Notes: a model not told the origin generated them from the letters alone. Counted from the first letter of the stretch, positions 46,393-55,178 are shown. The stretch is DNA of 56,873 bases from a virus (IMGVR_UViG_3300025809_000002:1-56873); one strand, 5' to 3'. A program made the numbers and translations.

Positions 46393-48506
46393 TGCATCGG
46401 TCCTTGTGGAGCCGCTGGTGCAGCAGGAGGTGCTGCCTGTGCAGGAGCGCCACTAAATCCTTGCTCACCCGGAGCAGGTGCTGTACCCACGCCCATGTTG
46501 CCGCCACCACCACCAGAAGTATCTGACACAGGAGGAGGACCACCAGCACCAGCAGCAGCTGGCTCAGGGGCTGGTTGCATCTTCTGCAGAATCAACGCCT
46601 GTCTAGCTGCTTCGTCCATGTTGTTCGCCACCAAGTCGGGATCAAGATCCATACTCTTAGCAATTTCACGCACAATGTAAGGCAGCTTAGCAAATGGAGC
46701 CAGTGCAGGGTTCTGAATAACTTGTAAGAATTGCAGCAGACGCTGTGAGCGCACTTCGTTCTGCATCAAGCTTTCAGTACCACGGGCTTTAACTTCTAAG
46801 TCACCAGCAGCTTCTGGGTCATAATCAAACTGCATGTTAAAGGCAAAGAAAGCCTCTCCCATTGGACGCAGTAGATAATCATCCACGTTCTTAATCACAG
46901 TCTTGATGCCGCCGCTTGCCGCATTCATCAGCATAGAGATGCCAGAGGCTGTGCGTCCAACACCAGCTACGCCAGTTTGACCGTGCGAGAATGAAGGAAG
47001 ACCTGTAGACTCATCAGCAAGCTGCCGTGCTTTGTCAAACATCTGCAGGTTTTCTTGCGAGACGTTGGGGAACTTAGTACCAAAAAGCGCTTGACCGGGT
47101 GCGCCCCCTTGTCGGCGAAACACTTTGCCGGGGTGGATGGTTAAGTCTTGACCGGGAACAAGGTTTGTTTCATCAACCTCAAACACAAGATTGCCCGACA
47201 GGACCGCATTATCCACCGACAGACGCATAAACCCATTCATAAGAGTTTGGGTATCATCCATGTTCTCGGCGATACCGACACCAAAAAAGGAGTAGGGGTT
47301 TAGTTCATATGGAACAGCATAATACGGAATCCTGACGGGCTTAAAAGGATTTAAAACAAGACGGATAATCTTACCATTGGTAAACCAGATGTTAGCTTGC
47401 AACTCGGGCATATCTTCTAACTCTTTAGGAATCTTAATGTCATTCTGCTCTAAGAGTTCAACATCAACAACGCCCCAGTACTCTAACACCTCATAACGCT
47501 CAACACCAGTGTCAGTTTGATAATCATTTAAATCATCTTCCCAAGATTTCTTAACATAGTCAGGACCATTAGCAATCACCATGTCAATGACGTTGCTACG
47601 AAACATAGGACGCTTCTTCAGCCCACGCAACTGTGTGCTGCTCATCTTATGACGCTCAATAAAGTATTGCATCTCATCAGTGTTGCTGGCGTCAGGATCA
47701 GGGTACGCATTCCACACACTTACATGAGAAGTTTGTGGCATTGTCTTGATGATGGGATTATATTTACCTTCTTCGTCCCATCGTGGATATTCTTTATCCA
47801 CAGCAAAAGGACCCTTCATAATACCTGTACCAAACAGCGCCATCTCAAAAGCAGCAGATCGTAGTTGCTTGTTGGCGTTGCTCTCGTCAAGCTGGTCCAT
47901 AATCTTCTTCTGCATCTTCTTAGCAGCAACCATCGCCGGGTGGAAAGTGACTGAAGTTGGTGTTGCGCCTGCACCTTCTTTAACGTCTAGCTCAGCAAGC
48001 TTCTCTTTCAAAGGACCAAGCATATCTGCTAGTGATGTTGCAGTGGCACCTTTAGGAAAGTCTTTACCGTCTCCTTTATAGCCAAACAATGAAGATTGTT
48101 CTTCTGGCATATCTGCCATCTTAGGGTCAGCCTCAACGTGTACGCTCTCAGCTACACCCTCTGGTAGGATGGTGGGTTCAATAGAAAGAGGGAATGTATT
48201 ATTAGCAAACAATACATCAGTGATCTGACCATACGCAGCTAGAGTCTTAGTCTTTGTAACTTTTATAAAGACACGACTCTTCTCTGCCTCAGTAAATTGA
48301 ACGTCAGTGCCGTAGATTCCACGATAGTTGCGATACGCACGGAGCCAACGATCTTCGTCAGAGCGACGAGCATCCTCAGCACGGGAGAAGCGCTCATCCA
48401 AAAAGGCCATCAAGCCATTAGCTTGTAATATATCTTCGTAGACATCCTTGCTGTCAGGAAGTCCTACAGCTTTATCATCCATAAAAGGGGTGTCAGATTT
48501 GTTCAT
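46389..48506 (-). CDS. Portal protein
   Basis: 705 aa after TerL; LFGTGI.KGP, FFG.G.AE and RTASG.SM motifs. Confidence 0.9.
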   Translation of the reverse strand: MNKSDTPFMDDKAVGLPDSKDVYEDILQANGLMAFLDERFSRAEDARRSDEDRWLRAYRNYRGIYGTDVQFTEAEKSRVFIKVTKTKTLAAYGQITDVLFANNTFPLSIEPTILPEGVAESVHVEADPKMADMPEEQSSLFGYKGDGKDFPKGATATSLADMLGPLKEKLAELDVKEGAGATPTSVTFHPAMVAAKKMQKKIMDQLDESNANKQLRSAAFEMALFGTGIMKGPFAVDKEYPRWDEEGKYNPIIKTMPQTSHVSVWNAYPDPDASNTDEMQYFIERHKMSSTQLRGLKKRPMFRSNVIDMVIANGPDYVKKSWEDDLNDYQTDTGVERYEVLEYWGVVDVELLEQNDIKIPKELEDMPELQANIWFTNGKIIRLVLNPFKPVRIPYYAVPYELNPYSFFGVGIAENMDDTQTLMNGFMRLSVDNAVLSGNLVFEVDETNLVPGQDLTIHPGKVFRRQGGAPGQALFGTKFPNVSQENLQMFDKARQLADESTGLPSFSHGQTGVAGVGRTASGISMLMNAASGGIKTVIKNVDDYLLRPMGEAFFAFNMQFDYDPEAAGDLEVKARGTESLMQNEVRSQRLLQFLQVIQNPALAPFAKLPYIVREIAKSMDLDPDLVANNMDEAARQALILQKMQPAPEPAAAGAGGPPPVSDTSGGGGGNMGVGTAPAPGEQGFSGAPAQAAPPAAPAAPQGPMQ

Positions 48507-48528
48507 GTTTTAGTTATACCATAAATTA

Positions 48529-50109
48529 TTAGTAACCAAAAGTTTTATCTGTTGGTTGATACACACGTTGTGAAGCTGGATTGTAATCAAAAATGCTTGA
48601 ACTACGTGGGCGAGACATAAGACCATAACGTAGGGCGTCATAGGTGTGGTCATTCTTAACCTTAGTGTCTACGTCTTCTACGTTTGTTTTATCAAGAGGC
48701 AGCGAAGGCAAGTCAGCAATAAGCTGAGTGCAGTTGCTAAAGATTGTCATTCGGGGTGCTTCGGTGAACGGATCAATCTGCAAGCGACGATGCACCTCGT
48801 TCTTACCAGCCACACGGCTACCAGCACTCCTATCAGCAGGACGCCAACGGCACCCCTTCATAATCATACGTTCAGCAATAGAAGGACCAGTGTCGCCCCG
48901 CTTATGCCAGCAGCTACTATCCAACACACCGTAACGAATTGGTTCATTATCTTCCATTTCTAGCACCATATTGGCTAAATCTTCTGCCAATACCTTAGTG
49001 ACGTAAAGTTCACGGTATACAACGATGGACTCATCAGGAGCAACAGCAAACCAAATAACAGCGGAGAAACTTCCATAACCATAATCACAAGCCCTAAAAC
49101 GTACCCAATCTCTTGGGATGGCATAGGGTTCTACAACGTGTATGGCCCTGTTAAACTCAGAGAATGCTGCACCTTCTGCAACATCCCAGTTACCATCAAG
49201 CAATTGCTTGCGCTGATGCTCTGGCAATGACAGCAACATCGTCTCATAGTCGCCAGTCTGTGCCAGATGCGGGTTGTCCACCAGTTTTGCTGGTATAAAC
49301 CTACGTTTAAATAGGGGGTCTCCCTCTTTACTGTGTCCTGTAGGGTAGGTCATCACCTCCCCTGTCTCTGTATCCGTGGCCCAGAAGGACTTACCTGCTG
49401 GTGAAGGGTCAATAAAGGTCTTCTTAACCCACGAATGCCCCTTGTTACCGGGGTTTGTTGACGCTCTCATGTACACAGGCAGGTCTGGTGCCGTGCTACG
49501 TAAGCGTGAACGCATATAATTCCACGCAAAAGGCGTTGCCCACTGCGTAAGCTCGTCAAATCCTATCCAACTGAAGGAAAGTCCTTGATATCTTAAGACA
49601 TCTTCGTCCCTATCTAGGTAGGACATCCACAATCTACCCCCACTTGGGGCTTCCCACTGCATCTTTCGCTCACTCCACTTGATGCCGGGGTAGATTTTGG
49701 GGTATAGCTCTTGGCTTTTCCAAATAAGTTCCCGTAATTCCTCTGTAGTGTGGCGCAAAAGCAGCCCAGAAAACTGTGGGTGGGGCAAATACCGCAAAGG
49801 ATCTGCCAACATTGCGTAGGATTTACCTCCACCAGCAGCTCCACCGTACAAAACCTCCCTATCTGCCGCCGCCAGAAACGCTGTCTGCGGTCCGGGGTTG
49901 GGAGCAAAGATAATATTCTCATTCTCTGCTGTCGGCAAGCTCTGTAGCTGCCCGCTCTCTGAGGGCGACGTAATGATCGCTGCGGAAGAAGGGGTTGGTT
50001 TCTTTGCGCTTTGTTTTTTCTTCGTACTCTTCAATTTTGTTGAGCGCTTGCGTGAGCCTTCGGGCAAGCTCCCTGTAGTATCTAGCTTTGCTCTTATAGG
50101 ACTGCTCAC
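48529..50109 (-). CDS. terL: Terminase large subunit (start uncertain)
   Basis: GGAAGGGKS, FDELTQ, STNPG, DYG and DH.YDALRY motifs. Confidence 0.95.
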   Translation of the reverse strand: MSSPIRAKLDTTGSLPEGSRKRSTKLKSTKKKQSAKKPTPSSAAIITSPSESGQLQSLPTAENENIIFAPNPGPQTAFLAAADREVLYGGAAGGGKSYAMLADPLRYLPHPQFSGLLLRHTTEELRELIWKSQELYPKIYPGIKWSERKMQWEAPSGGRLWMSYLDRDEDVLRYQGLSFSWIGFDELTQWATPFAWNYMRSRLRSTAPDLPVYMRASTNPGNKGHSWVKKTFIDPSPAGKSFWATDTETGEVMTYPTGHSKEGDPLFKRRFIPAKLVDNPHLAQTGDYETMLLSLPEHQRKQLLDGNWDVAEGAAFSEFNRAIHVVEPYAIPRDWVRFRACDYGYGSFSAVIWFAVAPDESIVVYRELYVTKVLAEDLANMVLEMEDNEPIRYGVLDSSCWHKRGDTGPSIAERMIMKGCRWRPADRSAGSRVAGKNEVHRRLQIDPFTEAPRMTIFSNCTQLIADLPSLPLDKTNVEDVDTKVKNDHTYDALRYGLMSRPRSSSIFDYNPASQRVYQPTDKTFGY

Positions 50110-50395
50110 TTCTTACCCTTTTTAATAACCCTGTGTAGGTGATGCTCCTGCCTGTTCTTGTTGTTAACCAAGCTGCTACCTGTCTGGCGCTGTATTTCTT
50201 TAAATGCTTCTTTGCCTGCTCTAGAAAGTCTAGCTCCAGCGGGATCGGCTTCCATACTCCCTCATCGTCTGGGTCCTCTTCGTATCCAAACGGTGCAACC
50301 ACGTAGTTGATGGGCTTAGGAATAGACACCCATACATCCTCTTCACGAGGCTGAGGCAATATCCAAGTACCGAAGTCTCTTTCATTCTGCTGCAT
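49919..50395 (-). CDS. HTH/recombinase-like DNA-binding protein
   Basis: PFGY and YS.RQVA.WL...TGR.I...GL motifs. Confidence 0.7.
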   Translation of the reverse strand: MQQNERDFGTWILPQPREEDVWVSIPKPINYVVAPFGYEEDPDDEGVWKPIPLELDFLEQAKKHLKKYSARQVAAWLTTRTGRSITYTGLLKRVRSEQSYKSKARYYRELARRLTQALNKIEEYEEKTKRKETNPFFRSDHYVALRERAATELADSRE

Positions 50396-50750
50396 CTTTT
50401 GCTGGGAGAATCATGATACCGTTGCTGGCCTGAATCTCCATCTTCTCTGTCTTAACAACACCTGCACGATCTAACAGATCTTTAGCAGCGTTAAGCTTCT
50501 CTTTGATGCCAAGCTCTGTTGGGTCAACCAATCCACTAACAACTGCCATTGCCGCTCTAGGAGCGTTGGTTGCAATGTACAGCTGAGTGGCCTCAATGAT
50601 CTCTGCCTTCAGTGTGTCCATGATCATCTTAGTGGCGTAGCCTTCGCTGTAGCCAGCAAGCTTACGAGCCTTTGCAGGGTTGCCACCAGCCTCTCCGAAA
50701 AGCACCTCAATGAATTTCTGCTGCTGTTCGTTTAATTCTCTCTTAGCCAT
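50382..50750 (-). CDS. terS: Terminase small subunit
   Basis: L.E.Q.KF...A.KLAGYS and AA..LLDRAG motifs. Confidence 0.75.
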   Translation of the reverse strand: MAKRELNEQQQKFIEVLFGEAGGNPAKARKLAGYSEGYATKMIMDTLKAEIIEATQLYIATNAPRAAMAVVSGLVDPTELGIKEKLNAAKDLLDRAGVVKTEKMEIQASNGIMILPAKDAAE

Positions 50751-50761
50751 ATTGTCTCTCT

Positions 50762-51115
50762 TTATTGTCTAGATGTGGGGTCGTAATATTCTTCAACAGT
50801 GAGGGTGGCATCAATGGTGGAGCCTGCCTCTGGTGTGAAGCAGATGTGGTCACCAGCATTCAATGTTAAATAGCTACCATCTAGCTTTAAGAAGTTGTAA
50901 GCAGAAATAACATAGCCGCCAATAATATAAAATTCTGAGTCGCTGTGTGAATTGTACCATTTAATAGCTAGTGTTTTATTACCACTGCCTAGGTTGGCAG
51001 CAAACAGCAACACAATATGTGAGGTGTAGTTATTGGGGCAGGTGTAGACGATGTTTTCCACACCCGCCGTGAGCTGCATGCCCACACTTCTACTCTTGAA
51101 GATGTTGCGATCCAT
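50762..51115 (-). CDS. Small beta-rich putative virion protein
   Basis: YTCP...AN...L.AGD pattern. Confidence 0.65.
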   Translation of the reverse strand: MDRNIFKSRSVGMQLTAGVENIVYTCPNNYTSHIVLLFAANLGSGNKTLAIKWYNSHSDSEFYIIGGYVISAYNFLKLDGSYLTLNAGDHICFTPEAGSTIDATLTVEEYYDPTSRQ

Positions 51116-51825
51116 TACTTCTTCTTGCCAGTTTCTTCACGAGCTTTCTTTTGCAAAGCTTTTTTCTTAGCAGCCATCTTGTCTTGCTCAGCTCTAAACT
51201 CAGCTTGACTTTGAATAGGCTTCAGTGCTGCTTTAGGTTTATCTTTCTTAGCGGGAGCATCTCGGCGAGTTAAACCACGCTCTTTATTTAATAAATCCCT
51301 TAGCGTTTTATCTGTACCATACTTCTTCTTAAAAGCGTCCAGCTCTGCTTTGCTAACAAACACCTTACCGTTCTTAACTTCTCTACCACCAAGCATTTTC
51401 TTCTCAGTTTTAGGCGCTGCTTTAGGCGTTATTTTAGGGGCTGCTTTTTCCTTTGTTGTTGAACCACTAGGTGCTACACCGCCACGGCTATCTTTAGCTT
51501 CTGCTTTAGGTTTAGCTTTTGCTTCAGCTTTATCTTTAATCGCTGACACAGCACCTACTCCTGCGGCGGCTACATTCGCTGCTGCCGCTGCTTTCGCAAC
51601 ACCACTTGAACCTTTTGATTTTTTTGCTGCCGCTGCTGCTTCTTTAGCAATATCTCTAACAGGGCCTCCTTGACCTTTTGCTTTTTCTACCTGCTTTGCT
51701 ATACGCAATATTGATGCATCAGTTACATCATTCATGTTTAGGTCTTTAAGCTTCTTACCCTTCTTTAAGGCAGAAGCGCCTCTAGCGAGAAAAGGTGCCG
51801 CTCTAACTATTAGTGGTAATACCAT
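51115..51825 (-). CDS. Lys/Ala-rich basic protein
   Basis: Composition; TAATG coupling. Confidence 0.7.
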   Translation of the reverse strand: MVLPLIVRAAPFLARGASALKKGKKLKDLNMNDVTDASILRIAKQVEKAKGQGGPVRDIAKEAAAAAKKSKGSSGVAKAAAAANVAAAGVGAVSAIKDKAEAKAKPKAEAKDSRGGVAPSGSTTKEKAAPKITPKAAPKTEKKMLGGREVKNGKVFVSKAELDAFKKKYGTDKTLRDLLNKERGLTRRDAPAKKDKPKAALKPIQSQAEFRAEQDKMAAKKKALQKKAREETGKKK

Positions 51826-51827
51826 GA

Positions 51828-52265
51828 TTATTTACTCCCTGATGCTTTAACACTAGCTCCGCAATTTGCGTAGCCGCCTTTTGCCATCTTCTTAGCTGGC
51901 TTCTTTTTATCCGTCAAACCAACCATCACAGCAACCACTGGTGACTGGCGGGTCATCTCTTTCTTAGCAGCAGGCTTCTTAACAGCACCACCTTTAGCCA
52001 TAGCACTGTCCTTCATCATGCTGCCGTCCGGCATCTTGTGCATGCCTTTCATTTTAGTGGCATCGCCCCCGTACATGTAGCCCTTCTTCTTAACAGCACC
52101 ACCCTTAGCCATTGTCTCACCGCCCTTAACAGCCTTGTCATAGAACTCAAGCTCAATGGCGTTGGCTCTATCTAACATCTCATTACGAGCTTCCTGTGGA
52201 ATGCTCTTGTCTTTTGCTTGCGCTCTTAAACGCTTAATCTCTGCTGCCGCTGCTTTCTTGTCCAT
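51828..52265 (-). CDS. Basic protein with MAKGG repeats
   Basis: Three MAKGG copies, HKMPDG motif; AAGGA RBS. Confidence 0.75.
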   Translation of the reverse strand: MDKKAAAAEIKRLRAQAKDKSIPQEARNEMLDRANAIELEFYDKAVKGGETMAKGGAVKKKGYMYGGDATKMKGMHKMPDGSMMKDSAMAKGGAVKKPAAKKEMTRQSPVVAVMVGLTDKKKPAKKMAKGGYANCGASVKASGSK

Positions 52266-52290
52266 TTTGTTTCCTTGGGGTTGTTAATCG

Positions 52291-52677
52291 TTATGCACGA
52301 TACTTCTTTGCTTTATCAGCCACCTTCTGGGGCTGCTTAACAAACTGCTTACCTGCCTTATTGCCAGCGGCTTTAGCAGCATTCGTCGCCTTCTTCTCAG
52401 AGGCCGTCAACGAATTCCATGCCTTCTCAGGCAAATATCTTTTCTTCCCCTCTGACGGCTTACCATCCGAGGTGGTCCACTTCTCTTTTGTCCATTTGCT
52501 TAGGCTCTTCTGCTGACCCGTCTTAGCGCCACTGTAGCCGCCACCAGCCTTCTTATATTCAGCTGCCAATAGCTGGGCCTTCCTAGCACTCCATTCGCCA
52601 GCGTCGCCCCCTTTAGAGGACGCCATCACCTTCTTCTTCAACCGCTCACGCAGCTCTGGTTTTGTATAACTCACCAC
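52291..52677 (-). CDS. Basic conserved protein (DUF5872-like)
   Basis: YTKP.LR, WSARKAQ, L.KW..E.W and RYLP motifs. Confidence 0.7.
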   Translation of the reverse strand: MVSYTKPELRERLKKKVMASSKGGDAGEWSARKAQLLAAEYKKAGGGYSGAKTGQQKSLSKWTKEKWTTSDGKPSEGKKRYLPEKAWNSLTASEKKATNAAKAAGNKAGKQFVKQPQKVADKAKKYRA

Positions 52678-52940
52678 TTAACCTTGTCTGCCCAGTAGGC
52701 CGCTGACGTCTTGCCTTTAGAAATGTTAGACGCATGACGGGCTTTAAAGCTTTTCTGCCTAGCCTTGTCCTTGGCTGTTGATGGCGCTGCACCAGCACCT
52801 TTAACACCCTGCTGTCCAAACCTAATTAGCTTAACTGTGTCACCTTCCTTCGCCAACACAGCATGGCTCTTCGTTGGGTGGTTGGGGGTTCGCTTTGGCT
52901 TGTTATAGCCAGAGAATTCTTCAGCGCCTCTTTTAATCAT
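52671..52940 (-). CDS. Basic conserved phage protein
   Basis: IRFGQQG, SFKARH and SAAYWA..KW motifs. Confidence 0.75.
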   Translation of the reverse strand: MIKRGAEEFSGYNKPKRTPNHPTKSHAVLAKEGDTVKLIRFGQQGVKGAGAAPSTAKDKARQKSFKARHASNISKGKTSAAYWADKVKW

Positions 52941-53104
52941 TTTGTAACATCGTAGTGACAGAAAGCAGTGAAAGGGTTTTCTTTGTCTTGGTTAACCAGC
53001 AGCACCTTGTTAACACACTCTTGCTCTGTAGCTATGGAAATATTATGTACCACCTTAATCTCTCCTGTCGGGAAGAACAGCATCAGCACCAAAGCTATCT
53101 TCAT
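52937..53104 (-). CDS. Hypothetical 55-aa protein (not in ORF track)
   Basis: MKIALVLMLFF...C...C; ATGA overlaps at both ends. Confidence 0.6.
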   Translation of the reverse strand: MKIALVLMLFFPTGEIKVVHNISIATEQECVNKVLLVNQDKENPFTAFCHYDVTK

Positions 53105-53331
53105 TTCTTACTCCAGCCTTCTGCCTTCATAGCCTTCTCCACCTGTGGCAGAGGAATAACAAACCCTGTGTTCTTCTCCAAAGCAGCTCTAACATAATAC
53201 ACATCACTGTGGTAGAGAGAAACACTATCCATCTTATCTTTAGCAATAGCCGTCATAGCTGCACTGTAGACAGAGAAGGGAGGTATGTTTAACAATCCTT
53301 CTTCTTCTAGTTGTTGTCTTGTCTTTAACAT
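53101..53331 (-). CDS. First late-arm protein, 76 aa (HSDVYYVRAA)
   Basis: ATG at 53331 coincides with the predicted transcription start. Confidence 0.7.
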   Translation of the reverse strand: MLKTRQQLEEEGLLNIPPFSVYSAAMTAIAKDKMDSVSLYHSDVYYVRAALEKNTGFVIPLPQVEKAMKAEGWSKK

Positions 53332-53337
53332 ATACCT

Positions 53338-53366
53338 ATTATACAGTAATACTTTAGTCTTGTCAA
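53338..53366 (-). promoter_or_regulatory. Perfect sigma70 consensus promoter for the late arm
   Basis: TTGACA-17 bp-TATAAT. Confidence 0.88.
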
Positions 53367-53431
53367 GACATAGGCTTCCTAAAGGTGGTATAGAGCAGAT
53401 GTCTATACCAACCTGTCCCAATGCTGTGTGG

Positions 53432-53607
53432 TCTGTAGATAAGAGATAAGAAGATAACCATTAGTAATTATCTTATGTTCTTAGCTACATCCTTTGTTCT
53501 TATCACATAGTGAAATAGATCTGTAGATAAGAGATATAAGATAATCTATTAGATTATTATTCTTAATCCCTGCTACTTCCTATGTCAATATCACATTGTG
53601 AAAGACA
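53432..53607. repeat. Degenerate 88-bp AT-rich tandem duplication
   Basis: TCTGTAGATAAGAGATA at 53432 and 53520; both units end TCACA(T/A)..GTGAAA-type palindromes. Confidence 0.8.
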
Positions 53608-53878
53608 AGACGTTAAACACAGCACCTAGAAATCCCATAAGGAATATGTTCTTTTATGGTAGTCGTTAGGTCCACCCCCATTGGCAACTACTTTTAACCT
53701 ATACCCATATTAAGTTAGGTCTGGACAGTGCAAGGTGTGAACACTGCCAGTGTACGAGCTTGATAGAGAAGTTGGCCTACCCCTCTACCAGTCCGTGTCT
53801 TTTCTCTTCAGCAGCCGATGCAAGCTCATTGTTTCATAGCACCCAGAAGGTAGGCTGTCACAGAAATCTGTGGCTATG
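53600..53878 (-). ncRNA. Candidate large structured non-coding RNA
   Basis: Own promoter, no credible ORF, at least six stems plus long-range complementarity. Confidence 0.55.
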
Positions 53879-53884
53879 GGGTAT

Positions 53885-53913
53885 GTTATACAGATTTTTT
53901 GCAGCGGTGTCAA
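53885..53913 (-). promoter_or_regulatory. Sigma70-type promoter
   Basis: TTGACA-17 bp-TATAAC. Confidence 0.85.
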
Positions 53914-54049
53914 CAAGTTTTTGTAAAAAGTTTTCTTGGTCCTGTAGGGGGCCTTCATATTCTAACCTTTATTGTAGGTAATAAAAGGTGTTCTTAAGTT
54001 ATTATGTCAGTTGTGCAGATGAACTGTACGTATACACAGTGTCCAATCT

Positions 54050-54870
54050 AAAAAACCCCGTGTGTGGGCGAGGCTGTATATATATAACGCCCACCCCCCA
54101 CCTGTCCCACACCCCCGCCCCCTCTGGCAAGCCTGCGCTCGCCGGCGCATGAGTGACTACGTCACGGCGCAGGTAGATCTTTATGGACTCCCTGAATTCA
54201 CTTGAATACAAAGATCTTCAATGCATTCAAAGGGTTAGAAAATCCTTGGCAACTGATTCAAAATCAGTGTCCTACGGAAATTAGGGACAGAAAACTGCTC
54301 ATTTTTTAAGCACACCCCGTGAAAACCCTAAGTCGGTGTATAATTTTTTGTAGTACTGTCCGATGTAATACTTTCCAGCTTTTATTAACTACGTTAATAG
54401 TCTTTGATACTACCATTGGCAGAACCGCCGATTTCCCCTTACGAAGTAAAGAACCGTGCCAACTTTTTCCTCACAGCTTTGCTGTCATGTGTGACGCCTA
54501 CATCATGATGATCGTGCGAGGCAAACCGACATCGCCGAAAAATGCCGCCGAAAATTACGTCTTTATATTTTTAATTTTTCTCTTAAGCAAAGCGAAAGAG
54601 GAAAAATTTAAATATAAAGACTTTAGAGAAAACCACTTTCAAATCCGCCGAATATCACTTCGGTAACAGCAAAGCTGTGAAGCATCGCTGACTGATCATT
54701 AACAATCTACGATTGCCGTCAGTATGCTCTGGTGACAGCGGAGCTGAAATTGGGCAACCTTGCTATGACATAGGTTAAAGTCATAGGCATTCTGGTAGAT
54801 GATTCGGATAATCTGCCCATGCTACAGCATAGCTGATTGGGGTCGGTTGGCACTGACTGCTGTAGCAGAA
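54050..54870. other. Non-coding divergence region, probable physical genome end/origin
   Basis: C-tracts, TATATATA, mini-hairpins; lies between divergent promoters. Confidence 0.5.
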
Positions 54871-54877
54871 AACAAAA

Positions 54878-54923
54878 TAGGGGTTTTCCCTTATAGCAAT
54901 GCCCTGAATTGCGTTGTTATAAT
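54878..54923 (+). promoter_or_regulatory. Early promoter: TAGGGGTTTTCCCTTA, 24 bp, TGnTATAAT
   Basis: Shared architecture; extended -10. Confidence 0.75.
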
Positions 54924-54971
54924 GGAGGCTCTTCGGCAATGTCGCCGCTATTTATCCTGAAAGGATACACA

Positions 54972-55178
54972 ATGAAACTCATATCCAAAACCCAAGTCAC
55001 TATTGGCACTGAAGACTTCCTTGTAAAGGTTTACAAGGACAGCGATTGGAACGAATATGTTTGCCGTTTATTTATAAACGGTACTGAAAACAAAGACGCC
55101 TCTTATCATACTGATGATAAGTTGGATGCACTGGATACAGCTGTTGCAATGCTTCGTTTTGCTTCGGTAACTGCTTAA
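54972..55178 (+). CDS. First early hypothetical protein
   Basis: AAGGA RBS; EY......Y.TDDK.DA..TA pattern. Confidence 0.75.
   Translation: MKLISKTQVTIGTEDFLVKVYKDSDWNEYVCRLFINGTENKDASYHTDDKLDALDTAVAMLRFASVTA

Noticed and set aside
53801-53811. Hammerhead ribozyme core (CUGAAGA-GAAA on the - strand)
   Set aside because: No stem II between the two conserved segments
54002-54666. ORFs 54002-54211 and 54319-54666 (and 53760-53981)
   Set aside because: No convincing RBS, atypical composition, and they overlap hairpin/promoter elements
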